Counted from the first letter of the stretch, positions 14,142 through 27,770 are shown. The stretch: DNA of 62,931 nucleotides from Octopus bimaculoides (GCF_001194135.2 NC_068990.1:39958305-40021235); one strand, 5' to 3'. The notes: a model not told the origin generated them from the sequence alone. A program made the numbers and translations.

Positions 14142-15044
14142 ATATGCATTTCTTTAGTCTTAATCATTATCGTTCAATCATCCAGTGGTGAGATGATGCT
14201 GTTGTTGTCATTCTTGTACTCTTTTTCTTTCTTTCTAAATATTTGTATTATTGTTTTACATGTGAAATATCTGACACCTCCGTAATAATAAAGCTGAAAG
14301 AACAGTCCGGGAGAGACAGTACAAATCTGTCTGGCATCTCTGCGTATTTGCTACGAAAAATGTCCATTATTTATTTATTCATTTATTTATTTGCATAATT
14401 GTCTTTCATTATTCTGAATTGTAATACCATCAATTTCCATGCAACTAATCAGCAGCTGCGATACTTAAGAACCATTCTCAGTTAGTGAAAAACTTTATCC
14501 AAAGTTTTCTGCCAGATGTTAGATGCAATACTAATTGTCATCTGGATTTTAATAAAAGATTTATAAAAATGTTGTATAATTAGTTAACTTTCTTTTTGAA
14601 TATTAACATTTTTGTTGTTATCGTTGTTGTTGATATTGTTGTTGTTCAGTAGTCTTATAAAATTATTGCGTGCTTCCAATGCACTACAAACCCCAGTTCT
14701 GTGTGCCTTGGGTATATGCTGTGGACTGTTTTGGTGTTGTTATTTTTTACTGATATTCAGAATGCTCTTCATTGAATGTGTGTAGTAGGTAGCGGTGATA
14801 TTTTTTGTACATTTTATATATATATAAATATATTCATAAGACCTGTTTTATACATACCTATGTATATATATATACATATATATCAAAATAAGCAACAAGG
14901 ATATCCAGAGGTAATGCAGTACAATCGTTTCAAGCAACTCCATTTAATTGAACAATGCAAAATCTGTAACAAGTCTTTCTTCCTGATACCTTAGTAGCTT
15001 CTAAGCTGAAGTGAAAACAGCATGTTCTTTGTCTATCTCCTTAC

Positions 15045-15134
15045 CTTCTTGGAGATTTTAGGTAAAATTATAATAATGTGTCCATCTGTTTGAATTTGAT
15101 TAAATTCTTTGTCTTTATGCAGCTGAGGATTGCT
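15045..15134 (-). other. Candidate 90-nt phase 0-0 exon (SNPQLHKDKEFNQIQTDGHIIIILPKISKK)
   Basis: Minus strand reads tttaaatgcag|agcaat...tccaagaag|gtaagg. Open frame of exactly 30 codons. No recognisable homology. Confidence 0.35.
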
Positions 15135-15356
15135 CTGCATTTAAATTGATGTAATGATTGCATTGTTCAATTAAATGAAGTTGCTTGAAATAACCGTACT
15201 GCATTATCTTTGGATATCCTTGTTGCTTATTTTAATTTTAAGCACCTTATTGTATGGATAATACCGTACTAAATTCTGGTACCTCAACTCAAGTACCATA
15301 TTCATCTGAATATATATATATATATATATATTGTTGTACTTGGGGATGGTCATATT

Positions 15357-15557
15357 GCCAGTTTAGCCAATAAAAACACACGCACTGTATATTTGGTGTT
15401 AATTTGCTTCAGCTTTATATTACATTAATCTTAATCTTATTTCGGCCAGAGTTCTTTCGTCACACTGGCTGAAATAAGATTAAGATTAATGTAATATAAA
15501 GCTGAAGCAAATTAACACCAGATATACAGTGCGTGTGTTTTTATTGGCTAAACTGGC
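15357..15557. repeat. Near-perfect long inverted repeat: 93-bp arms, 15-nt spacer
   Basis: Arm 15357-15449 matches the reverse complement of 15465-15557 with 2 mismatches. The right arm runs into an N gap. Confidence 0.9.
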
Positions 15558-17812
15558 NNNNNNNNNNNNNNNNNNNNNNNNNNNNNNNNNNNNNNNNNNN
15601 NNNNNNNNNNNNNNNNNNNNNNNNNNNNNNNNNNNNNNNNNNNNNNNNNNNNNNNNNNNNNNNNNNNNNNNNNNNNNNNNNNNNNNNNNNNNNNNNNNNN
15701 NNNNNNNNNNNNNNNNNNNNNNNNNNNNNNNNNNNNNNNNNNNNNNNNNNNNNNNNNNNNNNNNNNNNNNNNNNNNNNNNNNNNNNNNNNNNNNNNNNNN
15801 NNNNNNNNNNNNNNNNNNNNNNNNNNNNNNNNNNNNNNNNNNNNNNNNNNNNNNNNNNNNNNNNNNNNNNNNNNNNNNNNNNNNNNNNNNNNNNNNNNNN
15901 NNNNNNNNNNNNNNNNNNNNNNNNNNNNNNNNNNNNNNNNNNNNNNNNNNNNNNNNNNNNNNNNNNNNNNNNNNNNNNNNNNNNNNNNNNNNNNNNNNNN
16001 NNNNNNNNNNNNNNNNNNNNNNNNNNNNNNNNNNNNNNNNNNNNNNNNNNNNNNNNNNNNNNNNNNNNNNNNNNNNNNNNNNNNNNNNNNNNNNNNNNNN
16101 NNNNNNNNNNNNNNNNNNNNNNNNNNNNNNNNNNNNNNNNNNNNNNNNNNNNNNNNNNNNNNNNNNNNNNNNNNNNNNNNNNNNNNNNNNNNNTATATAT
16201 ATATATATATATATATATATTCATAAGACCATACATGAAGCACCTATTATTATAGAAATTGCTTCTGTCTTCAGGTTCCACATTCAGGTTATCTCTATTT
16301 TTTAATCTTTGTCTTTCAAGAGATTTTCTATTTCTTTCAGAGATACATTGTCATCTTTTGGGACTGATATGTCAACTAGAAGGCATATTTTCCACTTGCT
16401 GGTCTTTAGCAAAAATATCTGATTGATTAGCCTTGATCTTTCCCTATTATCATTATAATAATTATTATTATTGTTGTTGTTGTTGTTGTCTTATCTAGTA
16501 TTGTTGTTCTTGTTGTTTCTGCTGTTGTTTACCCTTAGGTCACCCCTGATTGTATGGATCTATGATCAAAGGCATTGCAGCCATGATCCTCCCTTGCTTT
16601 TGTACACTTGGCACTACATTACCCAATTTGTTCTTCATTTTTTCTTTAATCTGTAGAGAGAAGTTTGGCTACTATTTCCAGCAGATCAAGCAATAAGATG
16701 GCAGCCCCTTTGTTAGCTAGTAATCTTTAGTTCCTTAAAGGACAGGTTTTTTTGCTTGAATTGATAGAGCTTCAGACAAAAATCTTGGATGACATGGTAA
16801 ACCATTGGACATAATTCTTTGTAATATTTAGCTGAGTCCTTTCTTTATGTGTCCAACTTAAATCTTACCAAGGTAGACTTTGCCTACCATTCTTCCAGGG
16901 AATAGGAAAGCCAATACAGTCTGTACCAATTAAATAATAAAATCAATTCAACTGACTGTTTCTGTCCTCTAAACTGAATTTTTATGTTTTTGTTAGAGAT
17001 CTGGGGGAGCAGTGGGTTTTATAGAATAGGTAGAGCAACAGAGAAAAATGTCTTGAAGTATTTAGTTACAACCCTTCATTTTCTGGGTTCAAATCTCATT
17101 GAAGTCGACTTTACATTGCATTCTTCCAGCATGAACAAAAAATTTAAATCCTACCAAATTTTATTTTGATTTTATCTTTCTAAGATTGATCACATCTTAG
17201 GTCTTAGGTCTGTCACAAGCCTACTGGCTTAGTGCACCAGAGAGTATCCTTGTTTCCATAGTATATAAACAACAGCGAGTGAAATAGTCTTCCTTGAACG
17301 GGAACCCAGTCCAGTGCAGGATTAACCTCTAGCTGTTACTGGTACATGTTTTTAGCTGAGTTGATTGGGACAACATATGTGTATATATATATAATATAAA
17401 TTGATTAAATATGAAATAGTTAGAAAAAAACATAACTCAAAGTAATTTACTCTTGGAATAATTTTGATTATCGACAACAACAATTTTATAATTTGTACAT
17501 TTTACAACTTCAGCAAGTATAGTAAAATTCTTATTTCCCTGAGGAGATCATAATAGGCCAGAAACATGACAGGAGCTGTCTCCTGACATGTTTATGACTT
17601 ATAATGACCTTATCATTAAGATCATAATTCTCATATTTTCAGGAACAATTAAAATAATGTAAGTCATTAACTAAAAGATTTTCTACTGTATAATTAATTC
17701 TAGTCAGTTTATTAAAGCACTCAGCATTAAATAAGCTAACACTAGTTTAATATCAATTAATTACAGTTATAACCTCTTTATATATATATTTTTTAATCAT
17801 TATTGCTGTTCA

Positions 17813-18700
17813 TTAAACAAAACTTGTGGCTTTCTCATTACTTTCTGAAATTCTTAACAAAATAGTCTTTACTTGAAATTTCAGTTTTTGTTTAAGTGCC
17901 ACAAAACATCCAAGACAACTTCCCATTGATAGCCAGTGTATATCTGTTGAATACAACAGACGGCCATACATTTCATCTTTACAAGCTTCTTGAAAATGCG
18001 TGTCTTGATGAGTAGATCTTTTGATTTTTTTCACCGAGGAAGCAATTAAGTCTAGGATTTCAGAAAATATATTATTTCCGGTTCTTTTTGCTGTCAGGTT
18101 TTCTCGATGGAGAATGCAATGAATTGTGAAGACAGGATTAAATTCTGTCCATCTGGCAACAAAACCCTGGGATTTGCCAATCATAGACGGTGCTGTCATC
18201 CACCATCAATGAGAATCTACAGTGTCGCAAGTCTTCTACAACTATGGATTCAGCATCTTCGGCCTTTTCACAAATGCGAGAAGACTCAGTGTTGTTTGAA
18301 AGTGGAATACTTGCTAAAACTGAGGTAGCATTTGGCACATTAGTAACTTTATATGCTTCATGTATGGAGGGCCTAATCAGATCTTCACCAATGGTATGTG
18401 GGCGACCCTATTTTGTTATCATGAGTGAAATGTTATAGGACGCCTGCAGACCAAAACGGTCATTAGTATGGATGAGGAAATTTTTGAGCGATGAAAATGA
18501 GACATTTTTTTTTTTGCAATGGCATTCTTCGAAGTACTCCTTTGGCTTGCCAAATAAACCAGGATGTATTTTTGTAGATGATACAATTTCAAGGGTTTCA
18601 TTCAGTCATTAGTTAACAATTTTGAGCAGATAATACACTGTGGTAAAATAGGATCTCTACACTGGATACAAAACCATATTTGATAAAATCTTCGTTATCG
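17813..18700 (-). mobile_element. hAT transposase fragment (Buster/Charlie, ZBED8/FAM200-like), pseudogenised
   Basis: Frameshifted ORFs give RPHTIGEDLIRP, IPLSNNTESSRI, FSLMVDDSTV (LDESTD motif), APSMIGKSQGFVA (DGAPAMxG), IHCILHRE (CxxH) and HWLSMG (RWLSRG). Confidence 0.9.
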
Positions 18701-21026
18701 TCTACAGAATCCTTTATCTGAGTCGGTGGATGGGCTTGAGTGGAGTGGTAATTAGGTTGTAGGCTGGGTTGTTATGGAGAGGTGTTCTGAAGAAATTTTT
18801 ATTGATTAAATTTGAGGTAATATTATTGTTTGAGTTTATTCATGTATGTATAACTTTGTAAGCAGGGATGTATATGTAGCTGTGTCTCTTTTGTTAGGGA
18901 GATACAGAAGGTGTCAATAGTCTTAGCTATTTTTAGTTTTATTGGATTTAATTCTTTGCTTTGACATATTTCATATATAATGTTAGAATAAATGTAAAGA
19001 AGAGAAAAGGTGAGAAAGAAAAAGAGAGAGCAAAAAAGAAAATAAGGGAGAATGGCGTAAAGGAATTAAAGAAGAATGGGAAATGGAGGGAGATTATCAA
19101 TGGTAAATCACAAGTCGATCAGCAAGGATAGACTAAAAATATTGAGAGAATCATGATTTGTATATTTAAAACTGATTTAAGTAAATAAAAATGATTGATT
19201 TGAGTATTTAAAAACATTTGGGTTCAAAGTCCTCAGCTAGTTAACTGTGTGGTCTTCTTTTGATCATTAGTATTTATTGGTGAATATTAACAATGAATAT
19301 GACATCTCATGCAAAGCACAGTATGCAGTATTTCTCACTGACTGATTTCAATTGTCAGATCTGATAAAGGTTTTTAAATATTTGAACGATTTAAAACGTT
19401 TATGCATACAATGAGACATTAGTTCTGAATGGTGACTGAGAAGGGAGGGATAATTAATACTATTTCATATGATTCAGAATTACAAAGCACACACATCTTA
19501 TTAGGAAAGGTATAAGCTTTGGGAAAATATATTCTACATTTGATATCATAGTTTATGCTATTACATCTATAATTCTAAATAAATTTTAGACAGTATAGTT
19601 TCGGCAACTATATTCGGCAAAAATTATATCAATGTTGATTATAGCAGAATATCCATCTGTTGTATAATCTAGAAGATGTATTAGTTTTTAATTTAGCATT
19701 CTAAATAAATCCTTTAGAAGTACATGTACTGTCGAGTATTTTATTTAACTGAATACTTTTGCAAGCTTGTGGGCATTGAGTTAAGTACCTAATCACCATT
19801 CAAAACTAGTGTCTTTTTGTTTGCATTTGGGCTTTAGATCCTCCAAATGTTTTAAATCATTCATCAGACAAAACACTTGAAATGAGTTTATGAGAATTAT
19901 TTCTCTTTCCACAAGATGCCTTCATGAATAATATTTTATCAATTTTATTACACAAAGATGACTCCTTAGCTATCTGATTTCTTTCAAAACAACTGTTTTC
20001 TAAAAGCTTTAACAAATTACATTTTCTTAATGTTTTAAATTCATCTGATCCCCTAGTGTGAACAATTCCACTTTCACTTTCGTCTCTGTTATATAGTTTT
20101 CTATTTTGCCTTGCTTTCCACCCTCATTTCTCTTTCTCCTTATCCCTACCCTTCTTTCTACCCTCCTTTCTCTTTCTCCTTATTACTTTTTATAAGCAAT
20201 TTATCTCAAATATCCTTTTTACTATATGATCATTCAGGAAATGAAGCCATAGCTATTGTAATCATCATGCTTATTATTTTGTATTCAGGAATAACTTTTC
20301 TCCCTCATATTTTTCCGATTTGTATTCAATCTTCCATAAAATTAAGCTTATTTTTATACACACGCATACACACATACAGAAACACACAGAATGGAGACAC
20401 ACACACACACACATATATATATATATGTATGTATACATATATACATACACATACAAATATGCACCTATATATGCATATATATATGCATGTATGTGTGTTT
20501 ATGTATTTTTACACACATACACACATGTATACATATATACACCTATATATATATATGCATACATGCATATATGTATGTGTGTACTTATATATGTATGTAT
20601 GTATGGATGGATGGATGGATGGATGGATGGAAAAGAGAGTATAGCAGAGAATATGAATCAAGGCAAAAAACTGAGACATGCTTCAACTGCAGTGATAACT
20701 GAATATGGCACATGACTGCACGCTATGTGGCTGTCTGTATCTGAAAATCCAAGCCTTAGATATCATTACAAACACTTCACCATGGTAGGTCCATCTGTGC
20801 TATGGTATCTTGTAATACAATATAATACAAATAAAGATGACTAGAATTCAAGTAGACTTCTGTTAACAGCTATCAGCAAGAGCTCTCAATATAATGAAAG
20901 ATATGTTAGGTTAGATGTTAAATATTAAACTTAAGAAACCATCATGACTCTATGTGTATATAGATATGTGTGTATGAATGTATGTATGTATGTATGTATG
21001 TATGTATGGTATGTATGTATGTATGT

Positions 21027-21240
21027 CGAGGCACATGGCTTAGTGGTTAAGGTGTTGCATTAATGATTGTAAGATTGTGGTTTTGATTCCTGGTTTGGGT
21101 GATGCGTTGTACTCTTTAGCAAAACACTTTATTTCATGTTGCTCCAGGCCACTCACCTGGCAAAAGTGAGTAATCTTACAATGGATTGGCATCTTATCCA
21201 CAGAGGAATATACACACCAAGGAAATCTGGGAAACTAGCC
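21027..21240 (+). mobile_element. tRNA-derived SINE, diverged
   Basis: gaggcacatggcttagtggttaaggtgttgc...gattcctgg head, followed by the gcaaaacactttatttcatgttgctccag core shared with 31000-31158 and 36047-36340. Confidence 0.7.
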
Positions 21241-21274
21241 TTAAGAGCCTCTGGATTGGGAAGGATCATTGATC

Positions 21275-21315
<41 letters not shown>

Positions 21316-21456
21316 NNNNNNNNNNNNNNNNNNNNNNNNNNNNNNNNNNNNNNNNNNNNNNNNNNNNNNNNNNNNNNNNNNNNNNNNNNNNNNNNNNNNN
21401 NNNNNNNNNNNNNNNNNNNNNNNNNNNNNNNNNNNNNNNNNNNNNNNNNNNNNNNN

Positions 21457-21489
<33 letters not shown>

Positions 21490-22677
21490 ATAATGTAATA
21501 TTTTATTATTGGTAGGAAAATTAATATGTATTACAGTCAGAGAAAAACACCTTTTAATATACACAGGATTTAAGTACGATCTACAATAGGCTTCATGTCC
21601 CTGATAATACAATGGTCGGATAAGCTTATATAGTGTCCTGTGTATTTTCAGGCAGTCATTTGCGTTCAAAATACAGCATAGCTGTTCTCAGAGAAAAAGT
21701 AAAAAAGAATGAGGAGAATAAAAGTAAATAAAAAAGAAGAAGCATGGAGAGAAGGTAGAAAAGGAATGTATCTCTTTAGCCTGTTAGAATTAATATGGCA
21801 AGTGTAGTTAATACTATGAGAAATAATTAAAGCTTATGAGACTACATGCTTAATCCAGAGAAGGTGGTGCTTTCCAGTTCAATAATAGAAACTTATCCAG
21901 ATGCAGATATGTATATGATTATATATAGGATGCATATGTGTGAAACTGTGTGTGCATTATGTATATTTGTGTCTGTATGTATTGTCTACATGTATGTGTG
22001 TATGTTTGTGAGTGTGTATGGATCAATCATTGTGACATAGTACTAAGAGTTACTGTGAACTTGTATACAGGTAGTGGTGTGTTGGACATGATGTGTGTGG
22101 GGGTTACATTTATTTCAAATCTCATTTCGCTGTCTTAAAAAAAAAAGGCAAGGTCATATTGGATAATATAGTTCTAAATATAATATAACTGAAAAGTAAG
22201 ACTATGATCACAGCTGGGATATCTATGATCATAGATCTGCATAATCATATCTGATCTGGAGTTACTCTAAAAAATAGAACGTAACTCAGAGTCATCATCA
22301 TTTCCATCATTATTTTTAAAATTCCAAGATGGTGCAATGACACATTCATTTCATTGGTTAATCTATGTTATGTGTACCCAACATAAGACTTGTAGAAGTG
22401 TCACAAGTTAAGGGCTATTATTCAGGACTTAAAATCTCACTAGTTTACTGACAGAACATTGTTCTTTCAGAAGGAAGTAACTTATATTTTTAAGTCACAC
22501 TACAAGTGTAAATTTTAGGGTTAAAATTTTCTAACCTCCTATCTGAGTTACATCAGTGCTAATTTCAGCCATTTTATAATTAGAATACTGGCCCATGAAT
22601 ATGTTTTAGAGATTACCTAAATGAAAATATAATTCCAACAAAAGGAGTAATTTATCACCACTTAAGTTTCCCCTTGA

Positions 22678-22897
22678 CCCTTTAACATTCAAATTATTCT
22701 GTCAGATGTATTTCTTATTTATACACATTGTTTTGAATTAATCATGCATTAGCTTGTAGCTTGGAGATTTCAATGATGTGATTGTACAGTTTTAGAATGA
22801 TGTTATAGGGTAGGTGTTAGAGGCCAAATCTAGCTGGTTTGAGCATAAAATAGGGACAATATTTGGGTCGGATGTGGCTGGTTTGAATGCTAATGGG
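22678..22897. mobile_element. piggyBac-like MITE, 220 bp
   Basis: TIRs ccctttaacattcaa and ttgaatgctaatggg (CCC...GGG termini), flanked by degenerate TTAA (ttga / tttaa). Body is the reverse complement of the unit at 41458-42052. Confidence 0.7.
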
Positions 22898-23280
22898 TTT
22901 AAGGACATAGCTTCATTGAGGGCCATTATCCAGGTGATGTTCAAAATAACTGAAGGTTATTTATTACTCACATGTCAATGATTCCAGTTTCACATTAAAG
23001 TAGTTAACATCAAAGTTGAAGGAGGGTGGCTTCATAAAATAACCTTAAAAGAAAGCTTATAGAGAACATGTGCACAAATTTGCTATTAAAATACATTTGG
23101 TTTTTACTAGATTAAAATTGTTTTATGAAATTACAAAATATATCTGGAAACACTTCTTGCACTCTGTAAATAATGTATATGTTAATATATATTATTTCCT
23201 TTGCACTAATGCTTATGGAGTGTTATTTTGATTGAAATAATTGTCACTATTGATAACTTCTAGAAGTTTTATTTAGTTAC

Positions 23281-23380
23281 CTGCTGGTTAAATCTTTTAT
23301 GAATTAGATAATACTTCCGTGATCTTTTGTGAAGTTTTTGTGTCTTTTTTCCCATTTCGGGCAAAACTAGAATTTCAAAA
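23281..23380 (-). other. Candidate 100-nt exon (xFEILVLPEMGKKTQKLHKRSRKYYLIHKRFNQQ)
   Basis: Minus strand reads tttttacattattttcccag|ttttgaa...aaccagcag|gtaact. Strong polypyrimidine acceptor, good donor, one open frame containing gaaATGg. Confidence 0.45.
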
Positions 23381-23865
23381 CTGGGAAAATAATGTAAAAA
23401 TAAATGTTGATACAAACAAAAGTATATCAAGAACAATGGAATTAAAACATCATAAAAAATAGGATGTCCAAGTAACAACAAGTGTTCTCATATTTGAAGT
23501 ATTTAAAATACAATTTCTGCTTGTGTAAAAAGTAAGCCTTGGTGGTGGTGGTGGTGGTGGTGGTGGTGGAGGTGGGGACTGGATTATTTTCTTTGATCTT
23601 TTTTTTTGAGGAAGTTGTACACATGGCCTTCATAAGCTCTCTCAGATCAGTAACATTGTAGTGACTAATGTTGTAGGGCAGGAATTGCAGAGAGCTGATG
23701 TACAGAAGAGAAAGACCAGGGTGAAGTGGTGAGTGTGGACTTTCTTAGGATGGACTCAATAAGGGTAATGAGAGAAACAAGTGTGTTGGTTGTGCCCAAG
23801 TGGAGACAGCAAAAATACCCTGCCAACTCAGAAGAGCAGAGGTCATTGTAGTAGGTTTTGTGCAG

Positions 23866-25139
23866 CAATTAAAAATCCTTCAGTCTCTGCTTTGAGTCCT
23901 GAGCTTCTCAGCCATTGCTGGGATTTTTCTCTGTCTATTTCTTTTGCATTTAGTTTAGTCCAGTATTTGCCATGAAGGGGCTTTTCTTGCCATGATTTTA
24001 TCATGGTCCGTTGCTGTTCTAGTTTTAGTTTGGATTTCATTTATTCTATAGCTTTTATTGTTTCTTCTTCTTCTTCATATTTGTTAGGTAGTATGATTTC
24101 TTGTTTGTATTTGTCAGCTTCCTTAATTACTGAAAACAGTTTTTTGTTTTGCTTGTGTTTTGTGGCTATTTGTATTAGTTTTCCTTGCTTCTGAAGTAGG
24201 TATTTTTGCAGTCCTATGGTGGTTATTTTATAATNNNNNNNNNNNNNNNNNNNNNNNNNNNNNNNNNNNNNNNNNNNNNNNNNNNNNNNNNNNNNNNNNN
24301 NNNNNNNNNNNNNNNNNNNNNNNNATATTGTTGCTGTAACTTATAACTGGGACTGCTAAAGTGTTAATACCTATTATCTTGTTTTTAGCATTCAGCTCTG
24401 TTTTCAGTATTGATCTAACTCGTCTATAGTATTCTTTCTTTATTTTCTCTTTCATTTGTGTGTGTTGTATCCTATCTAGTTCATTGATTCCTAAATATTT
24501 GTATGTCTGACTTTGGTCTAATTCTCTTATTTCATTGGCTTTATATAGTGTGATGTCGTTACTCTTAACTAGTTTTCCTCTTTTCAGGGTTGCTTTGGCA
24601 CATTTTTCTAATCCAAATTTCATATCTATTTCTTTGGTAAATCCATGTACTGTCTGTAGTAGTGTTTTCAGCTGTTTATCATTTGTAACGTATAGTTTTA
24701 GGTCATCCATATATAAAAGGTGGTTGATTGTTTTGCAGTAACATTTGTATCCCCATCCAGTTCTATTTAGCATGTCAGATAAAGGTGTCAGTGCCAAGCA
24801 GAAAAAGGGTGGAGAGAGCGTGTCTCCCTGGAATATTCCTCTTCTAATGGGGATGGCTTTGGTTTTCACGAGTCCCTCTTCTGTTTGGAGCTGTAGCACT
24901 GTCTGCCCTTTATTCATAGAGTGTCTTATGTATTATATAATTATTGGTGCTACCTTGTTTATGGCTAGTGTTTCAAGGATCTACATGTGGGGAACACTAT
25001 CAAAAGCCTTTCGGTAGTCAATCCAGGCCATGCTGAGGCCTTTCTTCTTTCTGTGGCTGTCTTCAGTTATGGCTTTATTGATCATTAATTGATCCTTATA
25101 GCGATATGAGCCCTTGCAGCATCCCTTCTTCTCTTCTGG
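23866..25139 (-). mobile_element. R4/Dong-clade non-LTR retrotransposon, RT and thumb region, truncated at both ends
   Basis: PEEKKGCCKGSYRYKDQLMINKAI...SMAWIDYRKAFDSVPH, RRGIFQGDTLSP..FCLAL, NHLLYMDDLKLY, MKFGLEKCA, YKYLGI, KPLHGKY and WLRSSGLKAETEGFLIAAQ. Two in-frame stops near 24930-24985 and an N gap at 24235-24324. Confidence 0.93.
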
Positions 25140-25803
25140 TGGTGGTGGTGGTGGTGATAGCAGCAGTGCCATCGGGAGTGGTGAAGATGGTGGTGGTGAT
25201 GGCTTGTCCATGGTGGCAGTTATGGTGATGGTGCTAGGGTAAGGTTAATGTTATTGGTCTTAATGGTAAATGGTGGTGTTGGTGGCATTGTTGTTGATGA
25301 TGGTGTTGGTAGAGGTAACAGTGAATGGTAGTGCTAGTGGTATTGCTGATATTGCTGATAGTGATGGTAGTGTTCATTTGGTTATAGTCGGATAATGATG
25401 TTGTTGTTTTTGTTGTTGTTGTTGTCGTCGTCGTTCTTGTTCTTGTTGTTGCTGCTGTTGTTGCTGCTGCTGCTGTTGTTGATGAAGATGATGATGATGA
25501 TGATGAATGTGGTGGTGGTGGTGATGGTGGTGGTGGTGATGATGATGATGATGATGGTGATGTTGGCAATTTTATCATAACAGAAGACAAAAGAGTTTAA
25601 TACTTGTGAAAGATATCTAAAATATAGATTGAAATATCTGGTTTGGTGTGAGAAAGGAGTTGGTGACGGGAAGAGATGTTGGTCGAGGAATGAGTGGAGA
25701 GAGGAGAAGGTAGAGAAATGAGAGTGATGAAGAGATGAAGGTGTAATTTTAAGAGATGGCTTGTTGAATAATTGAAGAGGAAAAGAAACTGAGAAGATAA
25801 ATG

Positions 25804-25846
<43 letters not shown>

Positions 25847-26164
25847 GGGGAGAGAAAGGAGAGAGGGAGAGATAGAACAGAGACAAATAGAAAACAGACA
25901 TAGAAGACAAAGGGTGAGTTGAAGATTCAACGAGTAAGAGAGGTGGAGGAAGAGAGAATGCTGTTATGGGAAAAACAAAGAGAGAAAGAGAGAGAGAGAG
26001 AGAGTGAGAGAGAGAGAGAGAGACAAAGAAATGAGAGAAGTATTAAAAGGGAGTGAAATAAACAAATATTAAATCTTCTAAAATAATAACTCATAGTAGA
26101 GGTGTGTGAATGACCAATGTAAAAACCTGTTTTTCTAGATTGGTCTTCAAAGAATATATATTAA

Positions 26165-26195
<31 letters not shown>

Positions 26196-26236
26196 CATAG
26201 ATAGATGATAGATAAAAAAGACTTATATATGTGGTA

Positions 26237-26289
<53 letters not shown>

Positions 26290-26454
26290 TATATGTATAT
26301 ACCAAAAATGTGCCACAGGGGATGACAATGGAATTTTATGGAAAACAGAAAGCACACACACAACTGATGCAGACTAGATGAACCCATCAACAGTAGTCAA
26401 CTGATGTATATATATATATGTGTGTGTACATATCTGTATATTTATATCAATCTA

Positions 26455-26488
<34 letters not shown>

Positions 26489-27569
26489 CATATATATATA
26501 AATTCAAAAAGGGATAAAACTCTTTTACAAGAATTTTATCAAGAAGCCAGTGTGTAAAAAAATTCATAAGGGAAATTTCTATTCCCAAATACATATATAT
26601 ATATATATATATATAATACAAATGTTATATGAGTATATATATGTATACATACATATATGTACATACCTACATCTACATGTATATATAGATGCATATCCAG
26701 GTACAGGATGTCAAAAAGAAATGGGAACATAAAGCACAAAATAATTGACTTTTTTACAGACAANNNNNNNNNNNNNNNNNNNNNNNNNNNNNNNNNNNNN
26801 NNNNNNNNNNNNNNNNNNNNNNNNNNNNNNNNNNNNNNNNNNNNNNNNNNNNNNNNNNNNNNNNNNNNNNNNNNNNNNNNNNNNNNNNNNNNNNNNNNNN
26901 NNNNNNNNNNNNNNNNNNNNNNNNNNNNNNNNNNNNNNNNNNNNNNNNNNNNNNNNNNNNNNNNNNNNNNNNNNNNNNNNNNNNNNNNNNNNNNNNNNNN
27001 NNNNNNNNNNNNNNNNNNNNNNNNNNNNNNNNNNNNNNNNNNNNNNNNNNNNNNNNNNNNNNNNNNNNNNNNNNNNNNNNNNNNNNNNNNNNNNNNNNNN
27101 NNNNNNNNNNNNNNNNNNNNNNNNNNNNNNNNNNNNNNNNNNNNNNNNNNNNNNNNNNNNNNNNNNNNNNNNNNNNNNNNNNNNNNNNNNNNNNNNNNNN
27201 NNNNNNNNNNNNNNNNNNNNNNNNNNNNNNNNNNNNNNNNNNNNNNNNNNNNNNNNNNNNNNNNNNNNNNNNNNNNNNNNNNNNNNNNNNNNNNNNNNNN
27301 NNNNNNNNNNNNNNNNNNNNNNNNNNNNNNNNNNNNNNNNNNNNNNNNNNNNNNNNNNNNNNNNNNNNNNNNNNNNNNNNNNNNNNNNNNNNNNNNNNNN
27401 NNNNNNNNNNNNNNNNNNNNNNNNNNNNNNNNNNNNNNNNNNNNNNNNNNNNNNNNNNNNNNNNNNNNNNNNNNNNNNTATATATATATATATACATATA
27501 TACATATACATGCATAGATATGTGTATGCATTTCTAAATATGTTCGTGTTAAATATATGTATATCATCA

Positions 27570-27770
27570 ACAGCATCATCATCATCGCCATCATCTTTGC
27601 TGTTGTCTTAATGCCCACTTTTCCATACTTGAATGGGTCAGATGAAATTTATTAAAGCAGAATGCCTCTCCTGTGTACTACCCTCAAGTAAGGAATGTTT
27701 CCCCATATCCAGACATGTTTCCATGGAAGACTGGAAATGAACAACAACGCTTATACGACAGTGACACTTG
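27570..27770 (-). repeat. Family D repeat fragment: LINE-tail-like sequence with (GAT)n end
   Basis: catcatcatcgccatc...ttttccatacttgaatggg resembles the start of 60420-60785. Confidence 0.45.

Noticed and set aside
15529-16305. Long ORFs (230-395 aa) spanning N runs, here and at 26539-27618, 32931-34118, 39010-39446, 44981-45528 and 53446-54311
   Set aside because: They are open only because N codons cannot be stops. The flanks are microsatellite translations.
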